A stretch of DNA of 63,921 nt, filler included, from Reticulomyxa filosa (Eukaryota; Protista; Foraminifera), in the NCBI GenBank assembly GCA_000512085.1. It is 13 parts of 13 records of this genome, joined end to end, with 100 filler letters (N's around TTAATTAATTAA, not from the genome) between each part and the next. Parts side by side here need not be neighbours in the genome. Positions count along the whole stretch, not along the records: positions 33,873 to 38,769 come from ASPP01027329.1; positions 38,870 to 52,798 come from ASPP01021964.1; 11 more parts are not named here. One strand, written 5' to 3'. Below are positions 36,801 to 50,374 of the stretch, piece after piece; within the stretch, counting starts at the first letter, position 1; each line of letters starts with the position of its first letter. The position numbers were made by a program, and so were the translations under genes. Below the pieces are notes generated by a model. That model did not search any database. It was not told where the DNA came from and was given only the letters and a program-made list of their open reading frames with translations.

Positions 36801-38769
36801 TTTCGAATGCGGGTTAGAGTTCAACCCCAATTATCTTTTTAAATATGTGTTGGGAAAGTGGACCTGCATTGATTGACAGTATCTTGGTGCGATGGAATTT
36901 CTATATCACAAGACACACAACAAGTTAATATAGTTGTTTTTTTTTAAAAAAAGATAAACAAACTTATTTTTCTCCTTTCGGAGACGGGGTGGCCTTCTAC
37001 CCCTAATTTTCTTTTTTCTTTTGTATCTGTGTTGCCTGTGTGAAAAAAACATACACACAAACATCGTCATTTTTTGATCAAGATAAAAAGTAAATAAAAT
37101 AAACTTCGTTTGTTGTTGTCAGCATCGCGATCGTAATTGGGGTGTTGATGTTAGCACTAGGCCTTGTGCAGCTCCGATGATAATGCACTATAATTTTTTT
37201 TATAATACGTATCACATCATACAGACATAAACATCATAATGTCACTTTTTTTAAAATTTTTATAAGATCCACTAAAAAGAAAGTATGTACATATTTTTTT
37301 TTTTTTAAATACGTTACAATTTTAGATATGTATACATAAATAAATTATTTATACCTGTTGACTGTTGTCGTTGATATTCAAATCGACGACTCGTTTGTGG
37401 CATGAAGCAGTAAAGTAGTGTTTGCAGTAGTGGTATTTGGTAGTGGATTGCGCGATTGTAGTTTGTTGTGGCTGGCAGCATTGCTATTGTGCATTGTATG
37501 TGATGATACTGGAGCACCATATAAAGTATTGTTGATGATTGCCAATCAATAATCCAGTCATTGACAATGCTTAAGAGCATCCAACACATTATTCAATCAA
37601 GTTTCAATGACTTGTCGAACTTGTTTGTTGATGACGGAGCGAGATATTATCCAATTACGAAATTGAGCACGCACTCAAATCTTATTGGCGATAAACTCTC
37701 GTCCGCAATCCATTTCAAACAATGATCGACATTGCCATTACTGTTTTGCTGTACTGTGTTTGTTTAATGTTATGTGTTTTTGTTTTTTTTTAGGAAAAAA
37801 AAACGTATACATAGTGAATGAACAAAATGACAATTTTTAAAATTACCTGCAACAATCCAACATCACAATAATCAAAATTGGGCGAATCATCTTTGCAGTC
37901 AATTGATCTCCGTCCAAAGATTCAATGCAACTTGAAGTCATATAAAGACTTCATTTTGCAAGGCTTTGCCCAGAGATCTATAAAAAGAGATTTTATCCAT
38001 AAATTGCAAACACAACTTACTTATTTGCAAAAAAAATAAATTTGTATTTTCCCCCTCCATCAAAGAGAAAGTATGTTATGCGTAATACGAATAAATATAC
38101 ATCAACTGAAATTATATTGAAACTTACCTCTTTATCTGCTTGGAGCACAGCAATCCCAATTTTTCACTATAACGAGTTCACCGTTGTTCTTTTGCCACGA
38201 TCTCCAATTCTATTCAATTTCGTCAAATGATCCATATTGTTGAACAAATCCATTTGCAATCGAAGTGTTTTGGAACCATGGAAATTTTGAACAGCTCGAA
38301 TGGTCCCATTTGCAAAGTAGATGAGATATATCTGCTGGAATGATTTGTGGTGCTATCGTGAAATTGAAGTCAATATTGGAACTATTGGTCATATGACTAT
38401 TCATGTCATTGTCATGTGATTGTTGTCGTTGTTGCGGTTGCACATTGATGTTCGTGCTGTCGAATAGTTCGATTTGTCGCAACTGAGCTCTTTTAGTTTG
38501 ATATTTTTCGTCAGCTGTTCGTTATTGTCTTTCATCTTGTCCAGCTCGCTTGTCAGCATTTTGTATTTCAGGTCGCACGTGGTCATTTCATCGACCGTTT
38601 GTTCGGACCGTTGCAACTGCAACTTCAAAACGTGAATCCAACCACAAATTTGTTGTTGTTCCTGTCGCACCATAAACGTTTCCTTTTTTTCTCTTTAATT
38701 TCTGCAATTTGATTTTTCAATTGTTCGCGATAGCCATCCGCTGCCTCCATTTCTGGTCGAAGGCTACCT
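33900..38769 (-). pseudogene. Tandem decayed fragments of the same repetitive gene family, plus a broken coiled-coil coding region
   Basis: No long ORF but protein-like fragments; 36570-37010 is paralogous to 32000-32430; coiled-coil remnant at 38400-38769. Confidence 0.5.
34150..35870. repeat. Diverged direct repeat of about 170 bp (34150-34320 and 35700-35870)
   Basis: Shared ATAGACAGACAAAC...CTCGCTATT.GTTCAAATGAAAAACA...AAAAATACCATTGACTTCAAAGTTTA. Confidence 0.85.
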
Positions 38770-38869
38770 NNNNNNNNNNNNNNNNNNNNNNNNNNNNNNN
38801 NNNNNNNNNNNNNTTAATTAATTAANNNNNNNNNNNNNNNNNNNNNNNNNNNNNNNNNNNNNNNNNNNN
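38770..38869. other. Artificial contig spacer
   Basis: N44-TTAATTAATTAA-N44. Confidence 0.98.
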
Positions 38870-39084
38870 TCTTTCTCTTTGTGCAAAGGCTTTAAAGAAA
38901 AAAAATTAAAGATGATCTTGCGTTCGAATGCAATACAATCTTCTCAAAGGATTGCACATCAATCAGACAGGAAATATCGTGGCGTTGTATGTATTGAAAT
39001 ATCAGTCCATTCACAAATCAATGTCTGTTCCATTGCTCTGTAAAGAAGGAATTCATCCACTGTTATTCGTTAATGCCGCTGATC

Positions 39085-39420
39085 TATGCTAACTTGCAAT
39101 CAGTGATAATAATCACTCTTTCACAATGTGGGCTGTAATGATTACTCAAATATTCCAATGCAAGTCTCATTGCTTCAATATCTGATCCAATGTTTGTCGT
39201 GATTCCGTTGATTGGATATTCCAACTCCAGCCATTATGACAAATATGTGTCTTGAATGCAAGTCCTTCACCTGTAATTCCAGGATTTGTGAATGCAATTC
39301 CATCACAAAATATCACAATGCAACCAAAGTCCAACTATAACAAAATTTCATCTGATGTTGGCTCATTGAAGATCGCAAATGGTGATTTATTTGATTGTGG
39401 TATCATTGCAATTTGCATCG
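39085..39420 (-). mobile_element. RNase H relic of a non-LTR retrotransposon
   Basis: IVIFCDG...NPGITGEGL / LEYPINGITTNIGSDIEAMRLAL...VIIITDCK, with a stop and a frameshift. Confidence 0.7.
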
Positions 39421-40249
39421 GTGGAACATTTTGGATTTGATGTTAATATATTTTTTTTGAACATTGAATTTTTCAAACCCCTGATTAAAGAGAATGATTC
39501 AGAACTTTTCAAATAAATGCAATATATAATATAGTAAAACATATAGTAAATATAGTATGTTGTTTGTTCTATATATCACAAAATTATTTTTACTTTAGCT
39601 CTTTTCAATAAAGATGTACAAGTCAAATACTGAAAAAGCCCTTTTTTTGGGTACGGTTTTTTTTGCAAGCTACTGTATGCACCAACAAAAAATACATATT
39701 CGCAAGTGACAGAAACACAAGCTCCAAAGAAAGTAAATATGCGACAATGCGTAAATAGAAAATCATAAAAAGTCCCTATTTGATAAAAAAGGATATATTA
39801 AATTATGATCTCAAATAAAGAAGTTGCATATCTTCGAAGATAATTATTCGATCGATTTTAGAATATTGATGCTAGTTCTGGAATGGTGCAGCTGATACTC
39901 ATAAGAAAAAATTGTAGCTAATACAAAAAATTACAATGTGTAGAATATTTAGATTGATGAACAGCACCTCATATTACACAGTGAATATAATTGCACAAAT
40001 ACTTACATTGTAATTAAAAAGACAACAAGAAAAAATTAGTTATACCACAAATGCCTTCTATTATCAAAAAAATGTCCAGACCACAACTTGCCAAGAGCAT
40101 ATCAATTGGAATGAAAATCATATCATCACTAAAGACAAACCCTTCTGAAAAGTGAAATTGTCCACACTATCAAAATATGTGTTCATAAATATGCTACCGA
40201 TTACGCTGGATAAAGATCCATTCACCAATATACTTCTGTCACATCACCT

Positions 40250-41160
40250 CAAAATCTCATTCCCCAAAAAGGCTCCATTCCCACAATAGATAGAACCAAC
40301 AGCAAACAAAATTTTAACATCTTTTAATGGCTCTACTGTTATATTTGTAGATTGTGTCTTCCAAGTTTTTGTAAACTTACGGTGGTAACACAAGACTCCT
40401 CCTTTCCAGAATGGATTAATATCAAACATATACTAAATGGTATACTTACAAACATCAGATGCGAAACTGAAAGAATGAAAAAAGCTCTAAATTATGTAAC
40501 TACATGCTACAAACACAAGAAAGATGGATTATTTTAAGTGACTGCAAATTTGCAGTAAGTGCAATACTGAACAAAGTGCACTCAGAAACATATTATCATT
40601 AAATAAAAGAATGTCAGTACATTCTGCAATTACTTCGGAAAGATTACTATCCAAAAATATTGGATCAAGTGACACTCAAATATCCCAGGAAATGAAAAAA
40701 CAGACAAACTTGTAAAGCGGGCAGAAAAGAGCAAAAATATATTAACAATGATAATTTAAGATTTCAAAAAAGAACCCAATGTTACTGAACGTTTCTGGCA
40801 TGAATCCCTTTTTCAAAATAGACATTAGATAAATGAATGAACATATATACTACGAGTACATAAACTTGCTATTTAAGCATAGTGGTTGTCTTAAGTGTGG
40901 GGTGTCTACTGTGGAGAGCTACACTAAATGTAATACGAAAAGGTTTTGCCAAATTAAGAGTGGCTTTCAGTAAAACAAAGTAAACTAAATAACCAAAATG
41001 AATAACTCAATAAGTAAAAAGAAAGACCAAAAACAAGAAGTGAAGAAAGTTTGTGGAGAAGTTTAACCCAAAGGGAGCTCCTCAGTTCAATAAGAGTTCA
41101 GCCATGTGTAATAGGGGCTTGCCCTACATAAGTGTAGCGCAAATTAATAATATAGAAGTC
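40250..41160 (+). mobile_element. LINE-like relic: RNase H, Cys-motif remnant and 3' UTR
   Basis: TVIFVD...KHILNGILTNIRCETERMKKAL...ILSDCKFAV...WIK*HSNIPGNEKTDKLVKRA; later CLKCG, and a 3' region shared with 11890-12100 and 59890-60150. Confidence 0.75.
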
Positions 41161-42281
41161 AAACATACATACCCGCACGTTGCAAGTGAAAAAAAAAGGT
41201 CTTCATTAATTGACCACACTAAATCAGTCACTGACGTGCATAGTTCTTGCAAAATACTATTTTCTAATTTCATTTTCTGCTTAATATAGTATTACCATTT
41301 AATTCTTATTCTTTCTTCATTGATGTTTTTTTCATTTGTGATGAAGGCATATTTTGTTCAGAATGTAGCATCATTTTCTTGTTACGATTGTGCTTGTTCT
41401 TCAGCTACAACGTCTTTCTTAAAATTATATTGGAAGATTACACAAATAATTTGTCTTGTCACACAAAGTATAATTTAAACATAATTTTGATTTTTCATGA
41501 ATAAACTTATAAATGTTTAGTTGATCATTTTAGGAAACTTTTTTGCTGCCGATATGTCAGAAAAAGCAAAATACTTGTAATATTTAGCTTTTAACACCAG
41601 AACGAATTATTAAATTTCTTCAAAATGAAAAACATTAACATTTTTCATTATTTTTTACTTTTATTAAAAATCAAATATATCATTTGAAAAAAGATTTGTT
41701 CATGGAATAAATTTATAAATATCACAACAAATAACAATGTAATCTCCAAATTTCAAATGGAGGCATCTAAAAAAGAGTAAACTTAGATATTTTTTTTCTC
41801 GTGTTTCCTTATTAGTTTTTTGTCAATTTTCAAGCTACATTTTATTCTAAAACAAACGTAATATTTTGTCAATATTATGAAACGTGACAGAATTAAACAT
41901 CGAAGGTGTCATGGAGTTGATCGAAAAGACAGTATACGACAATAAAAGCTTATTTCAACAAAATTTGTTTTTTTGTCTTCATTGATCCGTAAAATGCTTT
42001 TTTTACCAAAAAACCGTTGAAATAAACAAAAAAAATAACACAATACAAATGCTTCATCTCTGAAATGTTAGAGCCATCTCTCTTCTCAGAAAAGTTTTGG
42101 ATTAACAAATAACATCAAAAAATGTGTTGAAATAAAAAGAATGAATGCAGTACATACTATTCATTTAGGAGAGAAAAAAAGAGAGCAAATTTTTTTGAGA
42201 CAGCATGTCTTAAAACGATTTTCTCTTAAAACTGATTTGCAATAAAAGTTCAAAAATGTAAGAAAGATTTCGCATGACTAG

Positions 42282-42821
42282 TTAATTGACAACAATGTGA
42301 GGTACAGGAGTATCGTTGGCCATAACTTTTGTATCACTTTTTGGGCCAATACCTCTCCAGGCCTTGTTTGTAAGTTTTGCATTTTCTTTAACACGGCAAA
42401 TCAAATGTGAATGTCGTAGTCTCATAACCATTGATCCTCCTTTCCCACGAATTCGAAGCACTTTGGGTTGATGAGCTCTCAATACACGAAGATTATCAAT
42501 GATTAATGTGTCTGGATTCATTCCATATTGATGAACTGCATTAGCTTGAGCATTTCGAAGGAGAGAAAAGAATTCATAAGATCTTCTTGATCGAGCAAAG
42601 CGCATTTGAATCAATGCTTCATCTACTGGCATTCCCTTTAAATGCCACGCAAACATATTATATTTGCGAACATACCCTCTTATGTTACGACGACAAGACT
42701 TTACCATTATGGGGCCTTCTTGTGACAATTGATGATGATGACGATAACGTTTTTGATTGAAATTACAAAACGCAGGAAATTCTGCGAGAGTTCTAGGCCT
42801 ACTGAAATGATTTACAAACAT
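42282..42821 (-). CDS. MRPL22: Mitochondrial ribosomal protein uL22m
   Basis: IRGYVRKYNMFAWHLKGMPVDEALIQMRF...LLRNAQANA...LII...RIRGKG...HSHLICRVKE L22 pattern; Arg-rich presequence-like N-terminus; possible upstream exon. Confidence 0.85.
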   Translation of the reverse strand: MFVNHFSRPRTLAEFPAFCNFNQKRYRHHHQLSQEGPIMVKSCRRNIRGYVRKYNMFAWHLKGMPVDEALIQMRFARSRRSYEFFSLLRNAQANAVHQYGMNPDTLIIDNLRVLRAHQPKVLRIRGKGGSMVMRLRHSHLICRVKENAKLTNKAWRGIGPKSDTKVMANDTPVPHIVVN

Positions 42822-43063
42822 GATCTTCAGCTATTGTTTCGTTCTAGAATTGTTAAAAATAATTTCGTTGATGATAAAATTGTTTTGGAAGAAGGATATT
42901 GCTTCACAATGTTGAAGTTTCTTTTTCTTAAACGAAGGAAAGTTCTTGCTCTTGACATTTTGACTAGATGTGGTCTTGTTGTAACAAAGAGTCTTTCATC
43001 TCTCATAAACTTTTTAAATTAGCCACAGTTAGAAAGTTTTTTCGATTCCTTCAATTTCTTGAT

Positions 43064-44890
43064 ATGAAAGCGTGTAAATATTTGCCTTCTTACAGCAACG
43101 GAACATTTGGAAGCTATCCCTTCTCGGTGTGTAATACAAAAAAATAGATATACAAAAGTTTAAATTTTACTCATTATAAATCTAGCAACAACCACAAATA
43201 ATTTTCGACCCCTGGCAATTGTTGCCTCAAAAGACCATTCACAGCGCAAAATGCGTTAAAGAATTGTGTTTCATGGAACAAGATATAGATATATTAAAAA
43301 ATTTTCAGTTTTTCGTTAATTTAAAACAATTAATCCTTAGTCGTAACAGATTATCCAAGATAGACGTTGTTTTAGAAAGGTTAAGTCTCGCAAGTGTAAT
43401 CATAAGGTCATACCGCTTATTTCTCCCTCGTGTGAAATAGATGTACTCGATTGGAACTATTAGATGTGTCACACAATCAATTGATATCATTAGCTGGGAT
43501 CGAAAAACTTAAGGAGCTCAATTGTCTTAATTGTTCCCATAATAAATTGCATGATCTGATTGAAACTCTGACAATTTTGAGTTTTCTAAACAGATTGGAA
43601 TATCTTGATATACAATACAATCCAATTTTCGAAAATCCAAAAGAAATTAGAAAACTAATCATTAGCCGTTGTCCCTCTTTGTTAATTGTCAATGAAAACA
43701 GTTTCCAACAATTTTTACCTTTGCCCTCTCCATATGTTAAGAAAAGTTAAACTTGATATTGATCACTAACGTTATTTCAAATGTTTCTTGAATAAAAGGA
43801 GTAGCTCCAAAAGAAAGAAAGCAACAAAAAGAGAACTGTTGTTCATCTCAAGTGTTCAAAAATGGGAAGATTGTCTCCTTTGGTAAAACTTTTGACCCAA
43901 AACTTAAAACTTGTACAAACGTCACAAGCCGTGTAAAAGACGAAAGAAAAAAATTGGAAAAGGGAAAAAGCAAACCCAAAATTAAAAACAAAGCCCTAAA
44001 AGAGTTGCCAGATCGATACTCGGTAATGATAACTACCTCCTTTCATTGTTTAATAATAAAGAGACTCCTTGTTTTAATCAACAGATTGAAGAAGAACGCA
44101 AGTTAGTACCAACACAATTTTTAGGAGAAAATGCTAATAATATGTTGGATGAATATCAATTAAATGAAGAATTACATAAAGTTACTTAAAAAACAAATGA
44201 TTTCTGATTTAGTACAAAATATGTCTCACATTACAGAAACTAGCAAGTTTTTGTCTGGAAAAATGGACTCTATCTAAGTTCATGGAACACTCGAAGCATT
44301 TTTCTGCAGTTTTTTTGTTGAGTGAGAGCTCACAAACTGAAATTAGTGCCAAAATTGAACAATCAAAAGATAAAACTTTAGATAACAAACAGTTATATGA
44401 ATTTTTAGTTGCAGCACAGGTAATATTAACAAATTTTATTTTTAATCTTTCTCAATCTAATATTTGTTTTCAATTGAAATAGTGGATTAAAAGGGAAAAT
44501 CAAGAAATTGCTGTAGAATCCAAAAAATTATTTGAAAAAGCTCAACAATTGGCGAAGCAATTACAGCACACTCAACAAAACTCTCAAGACAATGATCAAG
44601 TTAAAATATTTCAGCAATATTTCGAAGCACTCAGTTTGCAGAAGCAAATTGGCGAAAAACCTAGCCAAAATAATTTTAAACAAAAATTTGAACAAGAAGA
44701 GCAAGCTAAAATATTGAAAATATTAAAACGCACTAATAAAAAATATTCACATCATATCTCAACATTTACCAGGAAATACTCTCCTTCATCATAAAGATTT
44801 TTTTCAACGACCAGTGCTTAGCACTAATGAACAAAGCGACAACAGTACAAAATCAGATCAAAACTCAATCACTGTGTGCTGGGTTTAAAA
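43064..44890 (+). CDS. Multi-exon SDS22-like leucine-rich repeat protein with coiled-coil C-terminus
   Basis: LKQLILSRNRLSKI, LELLDVSHNQLISL, LNCLNCSHNKL, LEYLDIQYNP and LRR cap RKLIISRCPSL; several short introns; ends approximate. Confidence 0.7.
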
Positions 44891-46020
44891 ACTGACAGGA
44901 GTAACTTTGATCATATATACAGGTTCAAAATATCAATTAACCACTCCTTTAAAAAATTAATTTAAGCTCAATGTTACTATTGCTTCATTAATTCAAGCAA
45001 AGCATTTATTTAATAGATAATTGTTCTTTGGAATGTCTAGATAATATCAAATACACTTTTTGTGCCAAATTTGACATTGAAACATTATGAAGATGACCGA
45101 TTTATGTGTGAAAAATCAACATTTTTAAAAATATCTACGAATTTTCAATTGCTTCAAAATACACTTTATTTTTTTCCATAATTTTTTGTCAATCACAAAC
45201 ATTGTATTTTCAGACATTTTTTTGCACTATAACTAGAATAGAAGAATATCTTAGAACAATTTTTTTAAGCAAAAAGTTTTCTAGATTTTTAAAAAAAATA
45301 TCTAATTATTTTAGTTATGCTGTTATAATCTCCATTATAAATTCAATGTTAATCTTTTTCATTAGTCATCAATCAAAATTATATTTGTGAACAAATATAT
45401 TTTCTATATATTTAACAATTTTCAACTCCAACAAATGTTCACAATCTTTAAATTATCGATTTATTAACAAAATTTGTACGTAATCGTTAAATTATTATTA
45501 TCAATGTCATATAGTTCTGCAATAGCTTCAGTTATTTATGTTCTTTTTTAATTATATTATAATTGTCTTAATTACTGTTTTATTTTTGTTATTTGTTGTA
45601 TGTCTGTTTAACAAAATACAAAAATTAAATGAAAAAAAATTTTTAAATTGTTTATCATCAGGAGATATATTTTATACTTTTTTCCATTTTTTCAATTAAT
45701 ATTTGTTGTGACCAAAAGAGTTATAGCGTAATTAATCTGGTGACTCCATTTCATCAACAAAATCATCGCATGACAAAACTAAGAAATAATCATAATGACG
45801 ATCCAAACACAAGGAAGATGAAATCAATTAAGACATGTTTGTTTGATCTCTAATCCAATTTTATCAAAAACAAACACAAAAATACAAAACCTATAAGCAA
45901 AGTAACGTTGGAAACTTGCTTAGAAAAGGTTCTCATCAAATAATCACAAAAATGATAATCAAAAATACTACAACAAACTAATAATAAATACACAAGGTAT
46001 GTTCTTGGTTTGATGGAAGT

Positions 46021-49000
46021 TTATATGGTCGCTTGTGTTTTTGTTTCTGATTTCTGTCGAGATTTTGTAGAGCTTCCCATTAATTCCAAAGAATAAGCCA
46101 CGCTCTCTATATTTTCATAAAAGAGATTACTAACAAAAATGTAACGACACAAAAAACAGAGTAATAATGTATGAGCCCAAACCTCTCCAAATGCTTTTCG
46201 CTCGACCATTTTTCCAACAACTAATACTGATGGCAGCCATAAAACAGCAATCAATGGCAATTAGTCCACAACAAAGTAAATATATAGCCATACTGGAACT
46301 ACTGAACATACTGTCATTATGTATAGACAGAAGCATCCAAACAATTTGTTGAAAAAAAAATGGCACTGCCAAAATCCAAAATGGAAAAGCCGAAAATTGT
46401 TCGGAAAGTGTGTATCGTTTATCTTTGTAGAGTAAATACTGGTACGTGCAATAGTAAGAAAACAACGCCATTGCGGACAAAGGAATAACAAGTGGGCAAA
46501 ACAAACCTAGCAAAAATGTCAATTCCAAATTCGAATAGATATCCAATATTTCAATATGTATCTGATAAGAAGAAGGTTGATATATGTTGGCCCATGAAAC
46601 AAACTTTCGACAACCAACAAAGAGCCAAGGAGTTATCATATCGAACACCTTTTGAATGACAATGATGTTTCCCCATTTTTCAAGAATTTCACGAATGCAT
46701 TTACCTGGAATATTTTATGTATTGTGACAATTTTAAAAACAAACACATGACACGTATTCTCGCATCTTACCAGGTTGATATTGATGGTTGTGACAAATGT
46801 CATTCCATTTCATGCCCACGACTCTTCCTTTTGCGGTGACTTCACCCACAATGAGCCAAATAACGTTCCATTCATATCCCACCACTACATCTTCCGGATT
46901 TGATTGAGCACATGGAATCCAGTAATGTACCCACGCACGAGCACAGTTATCATAAAAGAATAGAGCAGTTACGATGGGAACGAAAACACATGCAAATGAT
47001 CTCAAGATTACCAGAAGTGCATTATGATATTTTCGAACCGATGACCGATGTTTTATACCGGCATGATAAAATACAATTTCAGTTGTGTAAAAAGCAAGGT
47101 CCTTTGCAATGAAGGAGTTGTGAATAGAAAATACCAATGACATGATTTGTTGAATCAAATATAAAAATGTTGTGGACAAGTTTAGCGTATTGTTTCCTGG
47201 CAATGCTGCAAATGCAAAATATAGAAATATACAAGTAATTGCAATCATCCATCCTATCAATGTCAGCAAAAACTTTACATATATTTTCCAATCAAATGTC
47301 AGCGATTGAGTTTGTGTTTGTTGCGTCGTTTGTGGCTGTGCCGTTTGTAGTGAGACGTTGGTCGATATATTTTCTTTCGCTTCCTCTTTATTTTCCTTTT
47401 GCAGCTCTGTCATCCGGAAAGAGGCAGTGTAAGGACGAGGATTTCGTAGACGATCAAACGCATACGCCGCAACGACTCCGTTTGAAAACAACACAGTCAA
47501 CAACATCACCACTGTCACCCCCACAGAAGAACTTTCAAAGTATGCTAGCGACAGATGTGACAATGGATAGCCTCGCGAATAGTATCCACTCCCAGCGAAA
47601 TAGATTGATGTCAACACAATCACTACTATAATTCCAAGCCAACTGTTCAACATTTCGAACGCGTCCTATTCTCCAAATTTTTTTTGTCAAATAAGCAAAA
47701 GGCAGGTCATTGAATGCACGCGAAGAAGGGGATGCATATACACACACAAAAAAAGGTAACCTTCATTTGTAGGAAATTCACATGATTTTGTAACAACTGT
47801 GGCCGAAATAAATCCCACTTTTCGCCAATGTATTGCTTGAAAAAAGGATATTGGAAAAGCCGAAATGCAAACAGAAACGAGGCCAAGGCCAAGGCAATAG
47901 CGACGACCATAATTTCTCCAAACTCTCTTTCTGTTCGAATGCAAAGATTTTGAGCGTTTTTTTCATCAGTAGATACATAATCAGGCAACTGACTATTGGA
48001 AACCAGATTGGGCCATTGTTTATTACGTGTCATGCGATTGCCAGTCAAATAAAGTCCGCCGCTTAATTTCTTGGAAATGTCAAAGTGCAATGACAAGACT
48101 GTTCCAAAAAAAAACAAAAAAAGGAAGGTCATTCTTCTCCTCCTCTCCAAATGGACAAATAAAAATGCGTGATCATGTTTACGCAACTGTATGGAAATCC
48201 AAGATAAGGGTCAGTGAGATTTAACATCAGAGTCGATTTTCGAATTTGATTGGTGTCGAACATGGAATGAGGTAGTGCACCAGAAAGGCGATTTTTGGAT
48301 ATCGTTGCAAATGTCGTATGTCCATAAGAGCCATTGCTCCAGGGCAGTTCTCCACTGATCCCACAACCATGTAGCAATAAAGCTCTCAAATTCGAGTTGT
48401 AAACAGAAGCGGGAAGACTTCCAGTCAATCCAGGATTATTGAACAATGCCAGTATTTGTAAATCTCCGGCTTTCGTAAACAGTTCATCCAACCTTTATTT
48501 TTAATATATTAGGCATCTTCAAAAACAAATATTATAGACATTGCACAAACATAGACAAAAAATGGACCATTGGGTGATGTTGTTGTCCGATAAATGATTG
48601 TTTTGAAATCCCAAAATAAGAGCGTCCGACATGTCAGTAGGTAAAAGAGGCAATTTATTGCGAAATTGATTGTTTCCAACGGAAAAGATGTTCAAATAAT
48701 TGTTATGTCGTAATGACGGTATAGCGCCTTCAAAGTGGTTATTATCTGCAACAAAAATAGTCAGCCATGTGAGATTGTCAAAGAGAGGCAAAGTGCCATG
48801 GAAACTATTATCGCTCAAATCGACAATTTGCAAACGCGTCCAATTCGAAAAGGCTGGTTCAATGGTTCCACTCAATTGATTGTCTCGCAGGGAGAGCAAA
48901 CTCAACGTTGGGAAATTGCTCTTCCAGGTAGTGATAGGCAGGCTTCCAACAAACTCGTTTTGAGACAAATCCAGCAATGCCAAATTGGGCCATTGCCAAT

Positions 49001-49952
49001 ATGGTGCAATTTGATCCAATGAATTGTTTAAGTGATTATTGGATAAATCAATATATTTGATATTGGACAATCCACCCAACTCTTTCGGGAGTTCACCGCT
49101 CAATTTATTGTTACTCAGAACCAACATTGTCAAATTCACCAAATCTCCAATTTCAAGCGGTACGGTCCCACTCAAAAGGTTCGCTGACACAATAAAAAAT
49201 ACCAATTGTGTCAATCGTCCCAATGTCGGTGGTATTGGTCCACTCAGTTGATTCGATTCCAAGTACAAATATACCAACTCAGACATGTTACCTACTTCTT
49301 CCGGTATACGTCCTGAAAAGTAGTTGTCTCGAAGGTCGAAATCAGATAAATGTGTCAAATTACCTACTGTCGATGGTATATTCCCAGTGAATTCATTGCC
49401 GTATAATACCAGCGTTTGCAATTGCCAAAGGTTACCTATTTCGTTTGGCAATGTACCGTTTAAATGATTGTCTGGTAAGTACAATTCTCTCAGATTCGAA
49501 AGCTCACTGGCCATGCGTATTATTCATACGAAAACCGCATAAAGTACACATATATTATTTACATTTTTTTTTTTTTTTTTTTTGCTTTCCAATTTTTTAT
49601 TTATTCTAAATTGCTTGATTTGAAGGGGAAGGGAGAACACAAAAAATGAGCAATACAAGCCACGTAACCAAAGTTCCACCGGAAATGGACCGTACAGATC
49701 ATTGTGTCCCAAATTCAAAATTTGTAAAGAGGTCAGATTTGACAAACATGCAGGTATGCTCCCATACAGCCCATAATATTTAAGATATAGCTTAGTAACT
49801 GTTGCATTCTCACATTGGACCCCATTATACGAGCAGCCGTCTTGAGATGTGATATTCCAAGGTTTACTCCATTGCTCACCCTTTGTAGCGTTGTAAAGGC
49901 AGTGCAACGCCCTAAGTTCGCTTGCAAGAAGAATATCCGAAGACATGTGCAC
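46021..49952 (-). CDS. LRR-ectodomain protein with a C-terminal 10-11 TM domain resembling TMC/OSCA channels
   Basis: N-cap (ALHCLYNAT.G..W...CSYNGVQC) and roughly 20 LxLxxNxLSGxIP repeats (49952-48000), then hydrophobic helices over 47900-46130; phase-1 intron about 46770-46705; some junctions or frameshifts unresolved. Confidence 0.75.
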
Positions 49953-50374
49953 AAATTATTCCTTCTTTTCTCAAATGCTCAAAATAAAACGTTTAAACCT
50001 GCGTTTATGTGGTAGCAAACGAGGGTTGTTGATTTAAAACTTCCTCTTGTGAGTGACTCTTAACAACTTAACGGCTTTCATATTTTGTTTTTATGGAGTG
50101 TATAGATATTCACAAAATAAGAGATTAGTCGAGTCTACAACTATGATTTTTTTATAGAAACAAAAGACCCAAAATTTAATTATCGAGTAGATCTTTGATT
50201 TTGTAATGTTCTTTTCAATGAAGACGACAACAAAAAAAAATTTTTGAAAGCTTATGTATTCCGCAGATGCAATCACAAACACAACATTGTACAAAAGAAA
50301 AAAAAGGACATGCCAAAAGTGGTGAGCATGATTACTCACCTTCCCAAAAACAGGGAAAAAAATAAAAAATAAGA

